Below, piece after piece: positions 21,900 through 32,873 of a stretch of 64,000 nucleotides of DNA. How positions within the stretch are numbered: the stretch's first letter is position 1; each line of letters starts with the position of its first letter. Source of the DNA: an uncultured Gemmatimonadales bacterium (GTDB taxonomy: Bacteria; Gemmatimonadota; Gemmatimonadetes; Gemmatimonadales; GWC2-71-9); contig CAWGSK010000013.1 in NCBI GenBank assembly GCA_963825055.1, positions 128,001 to 192,000 of the forward strand, in the 5' to 3' direction. A program made the translations under genes and the position numbers. The notes beneath the pieces are model-generated. The model was not told where the DNA came from, made no database searches, and was given only the letters and a program-made list of their open reading frames with translations.

Positions 21900-21982
21900 T
21901 GCCCGAGGCGAGAGTCGAACTCGCATGGGGTTGCCCCCGGTGGATTTTGAGTCCACTGCGTCTGCCATTCCGCCACTCGGGC
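21900..21982 (-). tRNA. tRNA-Leu (CAA)
   Basis: GCCCGAG/CTCGGGC acceptor stem, GGCGGAATGGCAGACGC D-arm, GTGGA-CTCAAAA-TCCAC anticodon arm, long variable arm, GTTCGAC T-loop; CCA not encoded. Confidence 0.97.
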
Positions 21983-22123
21983 CCGGCGGAAAGGTGGGGG
22001 AAGGGGGGTCGGGGGGCAAGGAGGTGGACAGGCGGACGGCAGGGCGGGGCCGTTCACCTTTCACCGTTTACCGTTCACGCCGTTGCCTATGGGCCAACCC
22101 GGTGCCCCATTAGTTTTCATCGC

Positions 22124-22675
22124 ATGACCACCACCCGCCCCTTCCACCCCTGGCACGACCTCCCCACTGGCCCCAATCCACCCGACGTCGTCACCGCGGT
22201 GATCGAGATCCCGGCAAACGAGCGCAACAAGTACGAGCTCGACAAGGACCTCGGGGTCTACCGGCTGGACCGGCTGCTCCACAGCGCCATGCACTACCCC
22301 GGCAACTACGGTTTCCTGCCGCGCACCCTGGCCGAGGACGGCGACCCGATCGACGTGCTGGTCCTCATGAAGGAGCCGGTGTTCACCGGCTGCCTGGTGG
22401 ATGTCCGGCCGATCGGGGTCTTTCACCTCGTCGATCTGGGAGCACCCGACGAGAAGATACTGGCCGTGCCGGTATCGGACCCTTACTTCCGCGACACCAA
22501 CGAACTCACCGACATTCCGAAGCACACGCTCCGCGAGATCGAGCACTTCTTCCAGGTGTACAAGGACCTCGAAGGCACCCGGACCGAGACTGGCGGCTTT
22601 GATGACGCCGCGGCGGCCCGGGAGGATATCGTCCGCGCCCGCCGGATCTACGAGGAGCGGGGCCGGCCCTCGTGA
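22124..22675 (+). CDS. ppa: Inorganic pyrophosphatase
   Basis: VIEIP, KYE, YPGNYGFLPRTLAEDGDPIDVLV, DEKILAV, HFFQVYKDLE. Confidence 0.95.
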   Translation: MTTTRPFHPWHDLPTGPNPPDVVTAVIEIPANERNKYELDKDLGVYRLDRLLHSAMHYPGNYGFLPRTLAEDGDPIDVLVLMKEPVFTGCLVDVRPIGVFHLVDLGAPDEKILAVPVSDPYFRDTNELTDIPKHTLREIEHFFQVYKDLEGTRTETGGFDDAAAAREDIVRARRIYEERGRPS

Positions 22676-24969
22676 GGAAGTTCCGGAGGCGGGTGGCCAT
22701 GGTCACGGCCACCGTCGTCATCCTGTGCGGATGTGGTGACCGGAAGGACGGCGCCGCCCAGCAGGGCGACACCGTCGATCGCGGTCCCGACCCGGCCCTG
22801 AACGCCGCCCGCGAGGCGCTGGACGACGGGCTCTCCTGGACCGCCAGCCTCCGCATCGCGCCAGTCCTGGCCGATACCGCCCGCCGCACACCCGAAGCCG
22901 AGATCATTGCCGCCCGGGCCGCAGCGGGCTGGGGCGGCTGGGACCGCGTACGGGACCTGCTGCAGGGCAGGCCATGGCTGGACACCCTGTTCGACGGCCG
23001 CGGTCGCGAGCTCCTGGCCCGGGCCGCTCTCCGCCGTCGCGAATTCGGCGCGGCCGTCCCCGAGGCGCGTTCCGCTCTCCGGGCATCCCGGACCCGGGAA
23101 GACAGCGCGGTCCGCACGGTGCTCCTGGCCCGCGCGTTCGACGGGAACGAACAGCCCGACAGCGCGCGCGCGCTCTACCTCGCCTCCGCGGAGTTGTTCC
23201 CTTCCATCGCGGACTGGCTGGTCCTCCGGGCGATGGTGCTGGAGCCCGACAGCGCCCGGCGGGCAGACCGCTACGGTTCGATCGCCATCGCGCCGGCGGT
23301 CGATCATGTCGCACTCACCGAGGCGCGCGCCACGCTCCGCGCCGGGGACACGACCGGCGCCATCCGCGCCCAGCGCGCCCTCGGCCGCTACACCCGGGTC
23401 GCCGAGCTCCAGCTTGCCCGCGCGCGCAACCGGGCAGACTCGGCCGCCATACGCGACAGCATGATGGACCGGATCGGGCGGGCCAGCCGCCCCCCGGACG
23501 GAATGATCGACCTGCTCACGCGGGTGTTCGGGAAGCTCCCGGCGAAGGATGAGCTCACCATCGCGCGCACCGCCGCGGCCTGGGGGCCTGCCGACCGCGC
23601 CATCTCCGGGTTCGCGCGAGCCTTCGAGGGCGGCCAGGGCACCTCGCGTGACCGCTGGCTGTACGGCAACGTCCTGGCACGGATCGGCCGCTATGACGAT
23701 GCCGCCGCGCAGTACGGGCGGGTGACCGGCGAGCTCGCCCCGGACGCCGCCTATCTCCGGGCCCGGTCCATCCTCCGCGCGGGGAATCTCTCCTCCTCGC
23801 GAACCGAGCTCCGGAATCTTCTCCGGCGCTACCCGGACGATGCCGCCGCCGTGATCGCCCGGGTGCTCCTGGCCGACCTGGCGATCGACGAGGGCCGGGA
23901 TGACGACGCGCGCGAAACCCTGCTGGCTACCGGCCGCACCGCGCCCCGGGTGAACCTCACGCCGAGCGCGCTCTTCAGCGCGGCAATCATCGCCTACGCG
24001 CACGGAGAGGTGAAGACGGCTGCGACGGAGTTCGACAGCATCGTCGCCCGGTATCCCGACAGCGACGCCGCGCTGAGCGCGCGGTACTGGGCGGGGCGCG
24101 CGTGGGAGCGGGCAGGCGACAGTGCCCGCGCGCGGGAACGCTGGCGCGACGTCCTGAAGCGCTATCCCTACACCTACTACGCAACGCGTAGCGGTCGCCG
24201 CCTCGGCGTGCCGCTCACGATCCCGGCCGGCACCACCACGGTCGAGAAATTCGAGGACATCACCGCCGCGATGGCACGGTCGGAGACGCTCGACTCACTC
24301 GGCCTGGAGGATGAGTCCCTGCTCGAGCTGGACGACCTCGGCCGGCGGTCCGGCGAGTCCACGGAACGGCTGCTCGCCACCGCCACCGCGTTCAGCGCCC
24401 ACGACCACGCCGCCCGTGCCCTCCAGCTCGCGACCCGCGCCCTGGGCCGCGGGGCCGCGACCGACACCGTGACCTACCGGCTGCTCTTCCCCGTCCTGGA
24501 AGTGGAGGGCCTGCTCCGCCTCGCCCGCGAGCACGGCGCGGACCCGGCACTCGTCGCGGGGCTCATCCGCCAGGAGAGCACCTTCAACCCGCGCGCGACC
24601 TCCGGCGCCGGCGCCCGTGGCCTGATGCAGGTAATGCCGCAGGTCGGGGAGCAGATGGCCCGCTCGCTGCACTACCCCGTGTGGGATCCCGTCCTGCTCT
24701 ACCAGCCGAGCGTGAGCCTCCAGATGGGCATCCAGCACCTGTCGGAGCTGCAGGCCGACTACCCGGACCTCCCCCACGTCCTCGCCGCGTACAACGCGGG
24801 GCGAAGCCGGGTGGAACGCTGGGAGAACCGCCATGGCGTCGGGGACGACCCGGAGTTGTTCACGGAGCGGATCCCGTTCCGGGAGACCCGGGACTATGTG
24901 AGGCTGGTGATACGCAATATGGAGATTTACCGGGCGCTGTACGGGTGGGGGAAAAGCGGTGAACGGTGA
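22672..24969 (+). CDS. Slt70-like lytic transglycosylase with TPR repeats
   Basis: Lipoprotein-like N-terminus, IRQESTF, GARGLMQ, AAYNAG, ETRDYV. Confidence 0.92.
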   Translation: MRKFRRRVAMVTATVVILCGCGDRKDGAAQQGDTVDRGPDPALNAAREALDDGLSWTASLRIAPVLADTARRTPEAEIIAARAAAGWGGWDRVRDLLQGRPWLDTLFDGRGRELLARAALRRREFGAAVPEARSALRASRTREDSAVRTVLLARAFDGNEQPDSARALYLASAELFPSIADWLVLRAMVLEPDSARRADRYGSIAIAPAVDHVALTEARATLRAGDTTGAIRAQRALGRYTRVAELQLARARNRADSAAIRDSMMDRIGRASRPPDGMIDLLTRVFGKLPAKDELTIARTAAAWGPADRAISGFARAFEGGQGTSRDRWLYGNVLARIGRYDDAAAQYGRVTGELAPDAAYLRARSILRAGNLSSSRTELRNLLRRYPDDAAAVIARVLLADLAIDEGRDDDARETLLATGRTAPRVNLTPSALFSAAIIAYAHGEVKTAATEFDSIVARYPDSDAALSARYWAGRAWERAGDSARARERWRDVLKRYPYTYYATRSGRRLGVPLTIPAGTTTVEKFEDITAAMARSETLDSLGLEDESLLELDDLGRRSGESTERLLATATAFSAHDHAARALQLATRALGRGAATDTVTYRLLFPVLEVEGLLRLAREHGADPALVAGLIRQESTFNPRATSGAGARGLMQVMPQVGEQMARSLHYPVWDPVLLYQPSVSLQMGIQHLSELQADYPDLPHVLAAYNAGRSRVERWENRHGVGDDPELFTERIPFRETRDYVRLVIRNMEIYRALYGWGKSGER

Positions 24970-25125
24970 ACGGTGAACGGTGAACGGTGAACGGTGAACG
25001 GTGAACGGTGAACGGTGAACGGTGAACGGTGAACGGTGAACGGTGAACCAGGAGGGAGTGGCCGCCTGCCAGCACCGGGTCAAGCCCTGAAATCCTGCTT
25101 ACCGTTCACCGTTTACCGTTCACGC
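24958..25125. repeat. (GGTGAAC)x13 plus inverted copies at 25099-25123
   Basis: Directly visible between convergent genes; the inverted block recurs at 22061-22080. Confidence 0.95.
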
Positions 25126-25710
25126 TGTTTCATCTCTCAGGCTCACCGGCTTTCCGAGAATCTCCTTCCATACCACCGCGTCTCTGAGCTGCTGGATATG
25201 GTCCGGCACGCCAGTGCCGGCGACCACCTTCTTCTGGCGGATCCGGGCGTCGAAGGCGGCGTGGTCCGCCCGGGTGCGGGGACGGTTCCGCTCCTCGGCC
25301 TCGCGGATGCGGCGCTGGACGAGCGCGTTGGCCTCGTCGTCGTAATCGACGACGTTGCCCGTGGGGGCGGGACGGTCCGGCCGCACGTAAGGCGCGCGCT
25401 GGATCTCCAGCGACTCCCGCTCCTCCACTTCCTCGGCGCCGGGGAGCGGGTATGCGGCCTCCCGGCCCGACGGCCCCCGCGCCGCCTGCTGCTTCACGCC
25501 TTCCATCGCCTTGAGCAGTTCCTGGAGGCGGGCACCTTCGGCCTGCGTCCCCGTCGTGCGGACGTGGTCGGCGAGAACGTCGGGGTACCACGTATTCCCC
25601 TTCGACGACGGCCGGGCCGGCGTGCCGCGCTTCCCCTTCTGCGCCTTGCTGACGATGCTCAGCACGGCATAGACGATCGCGAGGAAGATGAGGCCGCTGA
25701 AGCCTTCCAC
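25120..25710 (-). CDS. Hypothetical membrane-anchored protein of the nfeD-floA operon
   Basis: N-terminal TM; C-terminal [18 protein letters not shown]. Confidence 0.75.
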   Translation of the reverse strand: MEGFSGLIFLAIVYAVLSIVSKAQKGKRGTPARPSSKGNTWYPDVLADHVRTTGTQAEGARLQELLKAMEGVKQQAARGPSGREAAYPLPGAEEVEERESLEIQRAPYVRPDRPAPTGNVVDYDDEANALVQRRIREAEERNRPRTRADHAAFDARIRQKKVVAGTGVPDHIQQLRDAVVWKEILGKPVSLRDETA

Positions 25711-25713
25711 AGC

Positions 25714-26722
25714 TCAGCTCCCGGTCGGGGGCGGCGGCGGCGGGTTCCCTTCCCCGGCGATCGCCTTCCGCATGGTGGTGTCGGCCTCGATGTTCCGGTA
25801 GCGCTGATAGTCCATGACCCCCAGGTGCCCGCTCCGGAACGCGTCCGCCATGGCGAGCGGAATCTGCGCTTCCGCCGCGATGAGCTTGGCCCGCTGGCTC
25901 TGGGTCTCGCGCCCGGAACTCCTGCTCCATCGCCACTGCGAGCGCGCGGCGCTCCTCGGCCTTGGCCTGCGCGATCCGCTTGTCCGCCTCGGCCTGGTCG
26001 GTCTGCAGCTCGGCGCCGATGTTCTTGCCCACGTCCACGTCGGCGATGTCGATCGACAGGATCTCGAACGCGGTGCCGGCGTCGAGCCCCTTCGCCAGGA
26101 CGGTCTTCGAGATGCTGTCAGGGTTCTCCAGCACCGCCTTGTGGTTGGCCGCCGAGCCGATCGTGCTCACGATCCCCTCGCCGACCCGGGCCAGGATCGT
26201 CTCCTCGCCCGCCCCGCCCACCAGGCGGTTGATGTTGGCCCGTACGGTTACCCGCGCAAGGGCCAGCAGCTGGATGCCGTCCTTGGCCATCGCCGCCACC
26301 TTGGGCGTGGTGATCACCTTCGGGTTGACACTCACCTGCACCGCCTCGAACACGTCCCGGCCGGCCAGGTCGATCGCCGCGGCCTGCTTGAAGCCGAGCG
26401 GGATGCCGGCCTTGTCGGCGCTGATGAGCGCGCGCACCACCCGCTCGACGTTCCCGCCGGCGAGGTAGTGGGCTTCGAGGTCGTTGATGCTGAGCTCGAG
26501 CCCGGCCTTGTAGGCGTTGATCAGCGGGTTGACGATGTTGCTCGGGTTGACCTTGCGGAAGCGCATGCCGAACAGCGTGCGGAACTTGACCCGGACACCG
26601 GAGGCGAGCGCGGTGACCCAGAGTCCGATCGGGATGAACCTGAAGAAGAACACCAGCAACAGGAACCCGAGAAAGATCAGGACCACGAGCAGGCCCGGAC
26701 CGAGCTGGGAGAAATCGTCCAC
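25714..26722 (-). CDS. floA: Flotillin-like protein FloA/YqfA (frameshift near 25909)
   Basis: [55 protein letters not shown]. Confidence 0.92.
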
Positions 26723-26749
26723 GTTACGCTCCGGAAAAAGGAATGGGCT

Positions 26750-28057
26750 TCAGAGGCCGCGTACCACGTGCCGGTACCCTTCCGCGCGGAGGATCCGCAC
26801 GTGGCTGCCGGCCTTGATGAAATCGCCTTCGGTGACTGCATCGATGCGTTCGTCGCCCACCGCTACGGTGCCTGACGGGCGGAGGTCCGTCACTGCCACG
26901 CCCTCCACACCCACCAGTTCGCCGCGCGCGAGGGCGGAGACGTAGCCATCGCTCCCGGTCAGCGCCTCGTGCAGGAAGAGCCCGCGGAGGCGGGAGCTGC
27001 CGGGGAGATGGCGGAGCCAGGCGTACGCCACCGCCGCCACGATGACCAGGCTGGCGGCCACGACCGCGAGTGCCTGCACGATGTCGCCTCCAGTCGGAAG
27101 GGCCCCGAGCATCGCGAGCACGAACGACGCGCCGATCAGCACGATGCCGAGGATGCCGGCGATACCGAAACCGGGGATCACGAACACCTCCAGCGCCAGC
27201 GCGATCACGCCGAGCATGAGCAGGATCACCTCTTCCCAGCCGGCGAGGCCCAGGAGCAGATGGCTCCCGAAGAAGAGGCCGAGGGAGAGCAGCCCCACCA
27301 CCGCGCCAAGGCCGAACGCGCCGGCCTTGATCTCGAAGATCAGGCCGATCATCCCGAGGGACAGGAGCAGCGGGGCGACGACGGGGTTCGTGAGGAAGCG
27401 GACCACGAGCTCGGCCCAGTTGAGGTCGATCGCGGTGACGGCGGCACCCGGCAACCCGATGGCCGCGAGCAGCGCCGGCTGGTCCTCCGCGATCCCGTCG
27501 GCGTACTTCGCGGACAGCGCCTCCGTCGTGCTCAGGGTCAGGAGCCTGCCGGAGGGGGCCAGCGGGATGTCCACGCTCTCGTCCACCATGGCCTCGGCCA
27601 CTGTCGGGTCGAGCGCACGGGCCTCCGCCAGCGCGCGGAACTCCCCGCGCATGGCGGACACGTACTTCTCGGGTGCCTTCACGCCCTGTCCGTTGACCGG
27701 TGTCGCCGCGCCAAAGACCGCGCCCGATGTCATGTAGACCTTGTCGGCCGAAAGGGCTATCAGTGCGCCGGCGCTGTACGCGCGCGGATGGATCCAGGCG
27801 TACACCGGGACAGTCGTGGCGCGCACGGCATCCACGATGCGCTCAGCCGCGTCCACCCGGCCGCCGGGCGTATTGATGTCCAGCACCACCGCGGCAGCGC
27901 CGGCCTCGTCAGCTTTCCGGAGCGCACGGGCGACGTACGGTGCCAGCCCGTTCTCGATCGTGCCCGAGATGTCCACGCGATAGACCACCGGCTGCTGCGC
28001 CCCGAGGGGCACGGCGGCCAGCAGCGTCGCGAAGGTGAGCAGGAACACCCGCCGCAT
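26750..28057 (-). CDS. NfeD family membrane-bound ClpP-class protease
   Basis: INTPGGRVD, AYSAGALIAL, TM region, TDLRPSG OB-fold. Confidence 0.92.
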   Translation of the reverse strand: MRRVFLLTFATLLAAVPLGAQQPVVYRVDISGTIENGLAPYVARALRKADEAGAAAVVLDINTPGGRVDAAERIVDAVRATTVPVYAWIHPRAYSAGALIALSADKVYMTSGAVFGAATPVNGQGVKAPEKYVSAMRGEFRALAEARALDPTVAEAMVDESVDIPLAPSGRLLTLSTTEALSAKYADGIAEDQPALLAAIGLPGAAVTAIDLNWAELVVRFLTNPVVAPLLLSLGMIGLIFEIKAGAFGLGAVVGLLSLGLFFGSHLLLGLAGWEEVILLMLGVIALALEVFVIPGFGIAGILGIVLIGASFVLAMLGALPTGGDIVQALAVVAASLVIVAAVAYAWLRHLPGSSRLRGLFLHEALTGSDGYVSALARGELVGVEGVAVTDLRPSGTVAVGDERIDAVTEGDFIKAGSHVRILRAEGYRHVVRGL

Positions 28058-28306
28058 GCGGCACTCCGGAGTGTGAGGGATGGCTATGGGAAGTTAACGG
28101 CTGGCGGTGGGGGGGACTAGAGTACCACCCGGCGGCCATTCGGACGACGGAATTCCGCACTGCGAACCACGGAGGACACGGAAGACGCGCCTGTGGCAGC
28201 TGGGCCCCGGCAGGCGTCCCCTCTTGCGACGTTTCCTCCCGCCGGCATACTGGTCACTGCAAGCCACTCGCCGTGCGTAACGGGACACCATGAGGGGAAC
28301 CTGCGA

Positions 28307-29074
28307 ATGAGAACCTGCCATTTCTTTCCCGGGGCTTTGGCCCTGGCCCTGTGCGCCGCCTGCGGTGACAGCGTCTCGCCTACCCCGGCCACCCACCTCC
28401 TGGTGCGCGTGGAGGTCATCGACTCGCTCGGGAGCCCCGTCCGGGGAGTCTGGGTCGACTGGTCCCTTGGTCCCGACGTACCACCGCCCACCGGCACCTT
28501 CGACCCCGCTGCCCGTACGGACGTGAACGGAGAGTTCACGGTCGACGCCGGGACATTTGAGACCCGTACCCTCGACAGTCTCAGGGTCGGCATCCTCCCG
28601 CCCGGGTGTGATCAGCCCGTGCAGGACTCCCTGCTGACCGGCGTTTCCCTGTCGGCCGGCGACGACACCGTCGTCGTCAGGATGGTCTCGGACGGAGTCG
28701 TTCCACCCGCCACCACCACACCCGGCGTCGTCTGTTCAAATGTCGTCGATCCGGTGGGAGGTCCCTGGCAGCGGCTTGGGCTCAGGATCGACTCCGTCGT
28801 CGGGAGCCAGTTCTACGGGCGATGGGTCCTGGTGTTTCAGTATACGCGAGGGTCGGACTACGGCGCGTTCGTCGGCGGCTACGGGCCGACGTTCGTCACC
28901 CTGCATCTCGTTCATGACGCGCCATGGGGCACGTGTACCGGCCTCGACCTGGCCGCGCCGATACTGCAGGACGGTACCTGGGGAACTGCGACGATCACCC
29001 ACCCGCAGGGCTGCCTGGAAGGCACACAGTACTTCGATTTCACTGAGGGCCAGTTCTCCTCTACCTGGCCCTGA
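28307..29074 (+). CDS. Hypothetical lipoprotein
   Basis: LALCAAC lipobox-like signal; Cys-containing beta-rich body. Confidence 0.6.
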   Translation: MRTCHFFPGALALALCAACGDSVSPTPATHLLVRVEVIDSLGSPVRGVWVDWSLGPDVPPPTGTFDPAARTDVNGEFTVDAGTFETRTLDSLRVGILPPGCDQPVQDSLLTGVSLSAGDDTVVVRMVSDGVVPPATTTPGVVCSNVVDPVGGPWQRLGLRIDSVVGSQFYGRWVLVFQYTRGSDYGAFVGGYGPTFVTLHLVHDAPWGTCTGLDLAAPILQDGTWGTATITHPQGCLEGTQYFDFTEGQFSSTWP

Positions 29075-29228
29075 CTGGCAACACCCGTCGGCTTCGGAAC
29101 AGGAACAATGCGCGGAGGCCAATTGGTAAAGCGAACCACGGAGGCCGGCCCCTTGTAACCCGCCCTGCTCAGCGGTATGGATTCCCTGGACCTCTCGACC
29201 TCCGGCCACCTCGACCCCACGACCCCGC

Positions 29229-31013
29229 GTGCTCGACTACCTCTACCTGGCCGCCGTCCTGGCGATGGCGATCTGGCTCTTCTGGACCCGACGGATCCGG
29301 CCGGACATGACCGCGGTCATGGTCATGCTGCTTCTGGTGGTGCCCTGGCCGCACCCGGGCGGGTGGCGCGCCGTCCTCCCGCCCGAGAAGGGATTTGCGG
29401 GATTTGGCAGCGCCGCGGTGCTCATGATCGCGGGGATGTTCATCCTGGGGCGGTCCCTGGTCCGGACGGGCGCGGCAGAGGCGATCGGGCTCCGGATTCT
29501 CCGGGCCGTCTCCGGGCACGAGTGGCTGCTCCAGCTCGCCGTGCTGGTCCTGGCGACCTTCGCGTCGATGTTCATCAACGACACGACGGTCGTCCTGATC
29601 CTCCTGCCGCTCATCGCGGGCATCTGCCGCGAAAAGAATCTCTCCCCGTCGCGCTACCTCCTCTTCGCGGCGTATGGTTCGCTCCTCGGCGGGCAGTGGA
29701 CCCTGATCGGCACCCGCAGCAACATCCTGATCAGCGACTTCCTCAGAAACCACACCGGCCACGGTATCGGGTTCTTCGCCTTCACCCCGCTTGCGGCCGC
29801 CGTGTTCGCAGGGTCAGCGGTGTTCCTCATGCTCGTGGGCCGGCATCTCCTTCCGGATCACCGCCCTTCCCTCCCCCACGACCTGATGAAGGAGTTCCTG
29901 ACCGAAGTGGACGTACCGGAGGAATCCGGCGCCATCGGTCAGCGGCCGGGCGCGGTGGACGCCCTCACCGCCGAGGGGGTAGCTGTCGTGGCCCACCTGC
30001 GGGACGGCCGGCCGGTGCCCGACTGGAGCCTCCTCGCCGCCGGGGACGTCCTCCTGGTGCGCGGGACGGTGGAAAACATCGGCGGGCTTATCAAGTCGTC
30101 GGATTTCCGCGTGGTGGAGGAATCGACGCTGGACGATACCGCCCTCGAGAGCGTGGACCTGGTCACCGTCGAGGCCGTGGTCCCGGTCAATTCGCCCTTC
30201 GTGGGGCTGACGCTCGAACGGGCCTCGCGTCGGGGTCGGTTCGGGATCCCGGTGGTCGGCCTCGCGCGACACGGGCACCCGGTCGGGACCCGGATCATGG
30301 ACAGCGTGCTGGAGGGAGGCGATTCGATCCTGCTGCTCGGGTCCGCGGCCGACGTGGCGCTGCTCCGGGAGCGGCCCGGGCTCCTGGTCCTCCAGGACCG
30401 GGACTTCCCCGCCCTTGGGCGGCGGAAAGCGTGGACGACGGCCGCGCTCCTGGCCGGCGTGGTGGCCCTCGCGGTAAGCGGTCTCCTGGCGCCCAGCATT
30501 TCCATACCGATTGCCGCGATGCTCGCGATTCTCCTGGGCAGTATTACTTGGCGGGGCGCGTACGAGTCGATCGACTGGCCGACCCTCGTCACACTGGGCG
30601 CCATGATCTCGTTCGGCACCGCCCTCGAGGAGTCCGGCGCCGCCACCGCCATCGCCGACCTCGCCGTGCGGTACGTCTCGGGTGGCGGCGCGGTGATCCT
30701 GCTGGCGGGGCTCCTGCTCGTCGCGATTCTGTTCACCCAGGTCATCGAGAACGCCGCGGTGGCGATCATCATGGCCCCGATCGCATGGCAGGTAGCGCAG
30801 GCCACCGGTCTCAACCCGCGCCCCGTCATGGTGGCGCTCGCGGTCTGCATCTCGGCGGGTTTCAGTACTCCCGTGGCACACGAGAGCACCATTCTGGTAC
30901 TCGGCCCCGGTCAGTACGAGTTCCGGCACTACCTGCTGATCGGCGGCGCGCTGACTGTGATCACCTGGGTGACGGTCACGCTGCTGACGCCGGTGCTGCT
31001 GGGGCTGAGGTAG
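29229..31013 (+). CDS. SLC13/CitMHS permease with TrkA-C domains
   Basis: SMFINDT, TLIGTRSNI, two RCK-C-like domains, FSTPVAH..GPGQYEF. Confidence 0.9.
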   Translation: MLDYLYLAAVLAMAIWLFWTRRIRPDMTAVMVMLLLVVPWPHPGGWRAVLPPEKGFAGFGSAAVLMIAGMFILGRSLVRTGAAEAIGLRILRAVSGHEWLLQLAVLVLATFASMFINDTTVVLILLPLIAGICREKNLSPSRYLLFAAYGSLLGGQWTLIGTRSNILISDFLRNHTGHGIGFFAFTPLAAAVFAGSAVFLMLVGRHLLPDHRPSLPHDLMKEFLTEVDVPEESGAIGQRPGAVDALTAEGVAVVAHLRDGRPVPDWSLLAAGDVLLVRGTVENIGGLIKSSDFRVVEESTLDDTALESVDLVTVEAVVPVNSPFVGLTLERASRRGRFGIPVVGLARHGHPVGTRIMDSVLEGGDSILLLGSAADVALLRERPGLLVLQDRDFPALGRRKAWTTAALLAGVVALAVSGLLAPSISIPIAAMLAILLGSITWRGAYESIDWPTLVTLGAMISFGTALEESGAATAIADLAVRYVSGGGAVILLAGLLLVAILFTQVIENAAVAIIMAPIAWQVAQATGLNPRPVMVALAVCISAGFSTPVAHESTILVLGPGQYEFRHYLLIGGALTVITWVTVTLLTPVLLGLR

Positions 31014-31015
31014 CG

Positions 31016-31233
31016 GCGGACAGGGCGGACAGGGCGGACGGGCGGACGGGCGGACGGGCGGACGGAACGTAACGACTCAACCACTCAACGACTCAACGCT
31101 TGTACTTATCGACCTTGCCGCCTATTGATTCGCCTCGACCTCTCGACCTCTCGACCTCTCGACCTCTCGACCTCCGACCTCTCGACCTCTCGATCCCCGA
31201 TACCCAATCCCCGATCCCCGATCCCCGATCCCC
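31016..31233. repeat. Composite block of short tandem repeats (GGCGGAC(A)G, TCAACGAC, CTCGACCT, ATCCCCG)
   Basis: Directly visible. Confidence 0.9.
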
Positions 31234-31243
31234 GGCCCCTCCC

Positions 31244-31735
31244 ATGCCAGACAAAACCCGACTCCTCGCCGAATTCGATCAGGAAATGAAGTACACCCGC
31301 AAGGTCCTCGAGCGCGTGCCCGAGGGCAAAGGCGAGTGGAAACCCCATCCCAAGTCCTTCTCCCTGGGCCACCTCGCCCAGCTCGTCTCCTGGATGCCCG
31401 GCTGGATCGGCCAGGCGCTCAGGAACACCTCGCTGGACCTGGCCAAGGCCGGCGGGTACTCCCAGGAGCTGCCCGCCACCCTGCTCGCCGGCTTCGAGAA
31501 GGGCGCGAAGGAATCACGCGAGGCCATCGAGCAGGCAATGGACGACGACTGGGAATCCACCTGGTCCCTCACGAAGGGGGATACCACCTTCATGAGCATG
31601 CCAAGGATCGACGTCGTCCGGATGCACCTCAACCACCTGGTCCACCACCGGGCCCAGCTCGGCGTGTACCTGCGGCTGCTGGACGTACCGGTGCCGGCGA
31701 TGTACGGCCCGTCAGCGGACGAAGGCTGGACCTGA
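31244..31735 (+). CDS. DinB family protein
   Basis: WKPHPKSFSLGHLAQ, NHLVHHRAQLGVYLRLLDVPVPAMYGPSADE. Confidence 0.9.
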   Translation: MPDKTRLLAEFDQEMKYTRKVLERVPEGKGEWKPHPKSFSLGHLAQLVSWMPGWIGQALRNTSLDLAKAGGYSQELPATLLAGFEKGAKESREAIEQAMDDDWESTWSLTKGDTTFMSMPRIDVVRMHLNHLVHHRAQLGVYLRLLDVPVPAMYGPSADEGWT

Positions 31736-31822
31736 GCAACGCTCCCGCGCGTGTGCGTGTCCGACAGAGTTGGGACGTTCTGACCCTGACGGCAACCCAC
31801 CCTTCGCGCACGGGAGTCGACC

Positions 31823-32533
31823 ATGACGGCACGCGCACGCGCCGGCGGCATCTACCTGGCGGCCAATGCCCTCCTCACCCTCGTCATCCTCACGTCGGCG
31901 TTCCTGGGCAGGCGGCGGGAACGGTTCGAGGAAATTGATGTCGAGCGGATCAATATCGTCGAGAAGAACGGCCAGCTCCGGATGGTCATCGCCAACCGCG
32001 AGCGGACCCCAGGCCCCGTCGAGCGCGGCGTGGCCTTCGGTTATCCGGCCGGTCAACGTCTGGGCATGATCTTCTACAATGATGAGGGCACCGAGAACGG
32101 AGGTCTCACGTACTACGGGAGCACGAAGGAAGCTCACGCCTCCGCCTACGCCGGCCTCACCTTCGACCAGTACGACCGGGACCAGACCATCGCGCTACAG
32201 TACGTGGAGGATGGTGGCCGGCGGCGCTCCGGTCTCGCCATCCAGGACTATTCGACCACCACCACCAACCGGAAATGGGCCGAGCGCTACGACGAGATCC
32301 AGGCGATGACTGACTCCGCCGCGAAACGCGAGGCGATGGCGAGGTGGCGGAAGGACGGCGGTCGACTCCGGCTCTTCACCGGCCGCCAATTCGACGGGGC
32401 CGCGGTCGTGGCCCTCGCCGACGGGAATGGACGCACCCGGATCCGGCTCAAGGTGGATTCCCTGGGCACCGCAGCTATCGAGTTCCTGGACGACAGTGGC
32501 CACGTGACCCGGACGATCGGGCCGGGCGACTAG
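31823..32533 (+). CDS. Conserved hypothetical exported or membrane protein
   Basis: FEEIDVERINIVEKNG, MIFYNDEGTENGGL, FDQYDRDQ; typical codon usage and RBS. Confidence 0.7.
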   Translation: MTARARAGGIYLAANALLTLVILTSAFLGRRRERFEEIDVERINIVEKNGQLRMVIANRERTPGPVERGVAFGYPAGQRLGMIFYNDEGTENGGLTYYGSTKEAHASAYAGLTFDQYDRDQTIALQYVEDGGRRRSGLAIQDYSTTTTNRKWAERYDEIQAMTDSAAKREAMARWRKDGGRLRLFTGRQFDGAAVVALADGNGRTRIRLKVDSLGTAAIEFLDDSGHVTRTIGPGD

Positions 32534-32790
32534 GCGGACAGGGCGGACAGGGCGGACAGGGCGGTCAGGGCGGTCAGGGCGGTCAGGGCGGTCAGGGCGG
32601 TCAGGGCGGTCAGGGCGGTCAGGGCGGTCAGGGCGGCGCGAAGCTAAAGTGTCGGATCATATTACACAAACCATGTGTTTGGAATGACTTGCTGAACACA
32701 TATCATGTGAATTATTCGGTCTCGCGTGGACAACTCGCCCCACCCGTCTCGTCCGCCCTGTCCATCGCGTCCGTCCTGTCCGTCCTGTCC
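32533..32790. repeat. Nonamer GGCGG(A/T)CAG, about 11 copies, with degenerate inverted copies at 32751-32790
   Basis: Directly visible; AT-rich spacer between the arms. Confidence 0.9.
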
Positions 32791-32873
32791 TGTCGATCCT
32801 CCCCTCCCCCGTTCGTCGTCTTCCTGAAAGCATGGTTTCCGCAACCGTCACCCGCACCGTCGAGGATCGTCGT

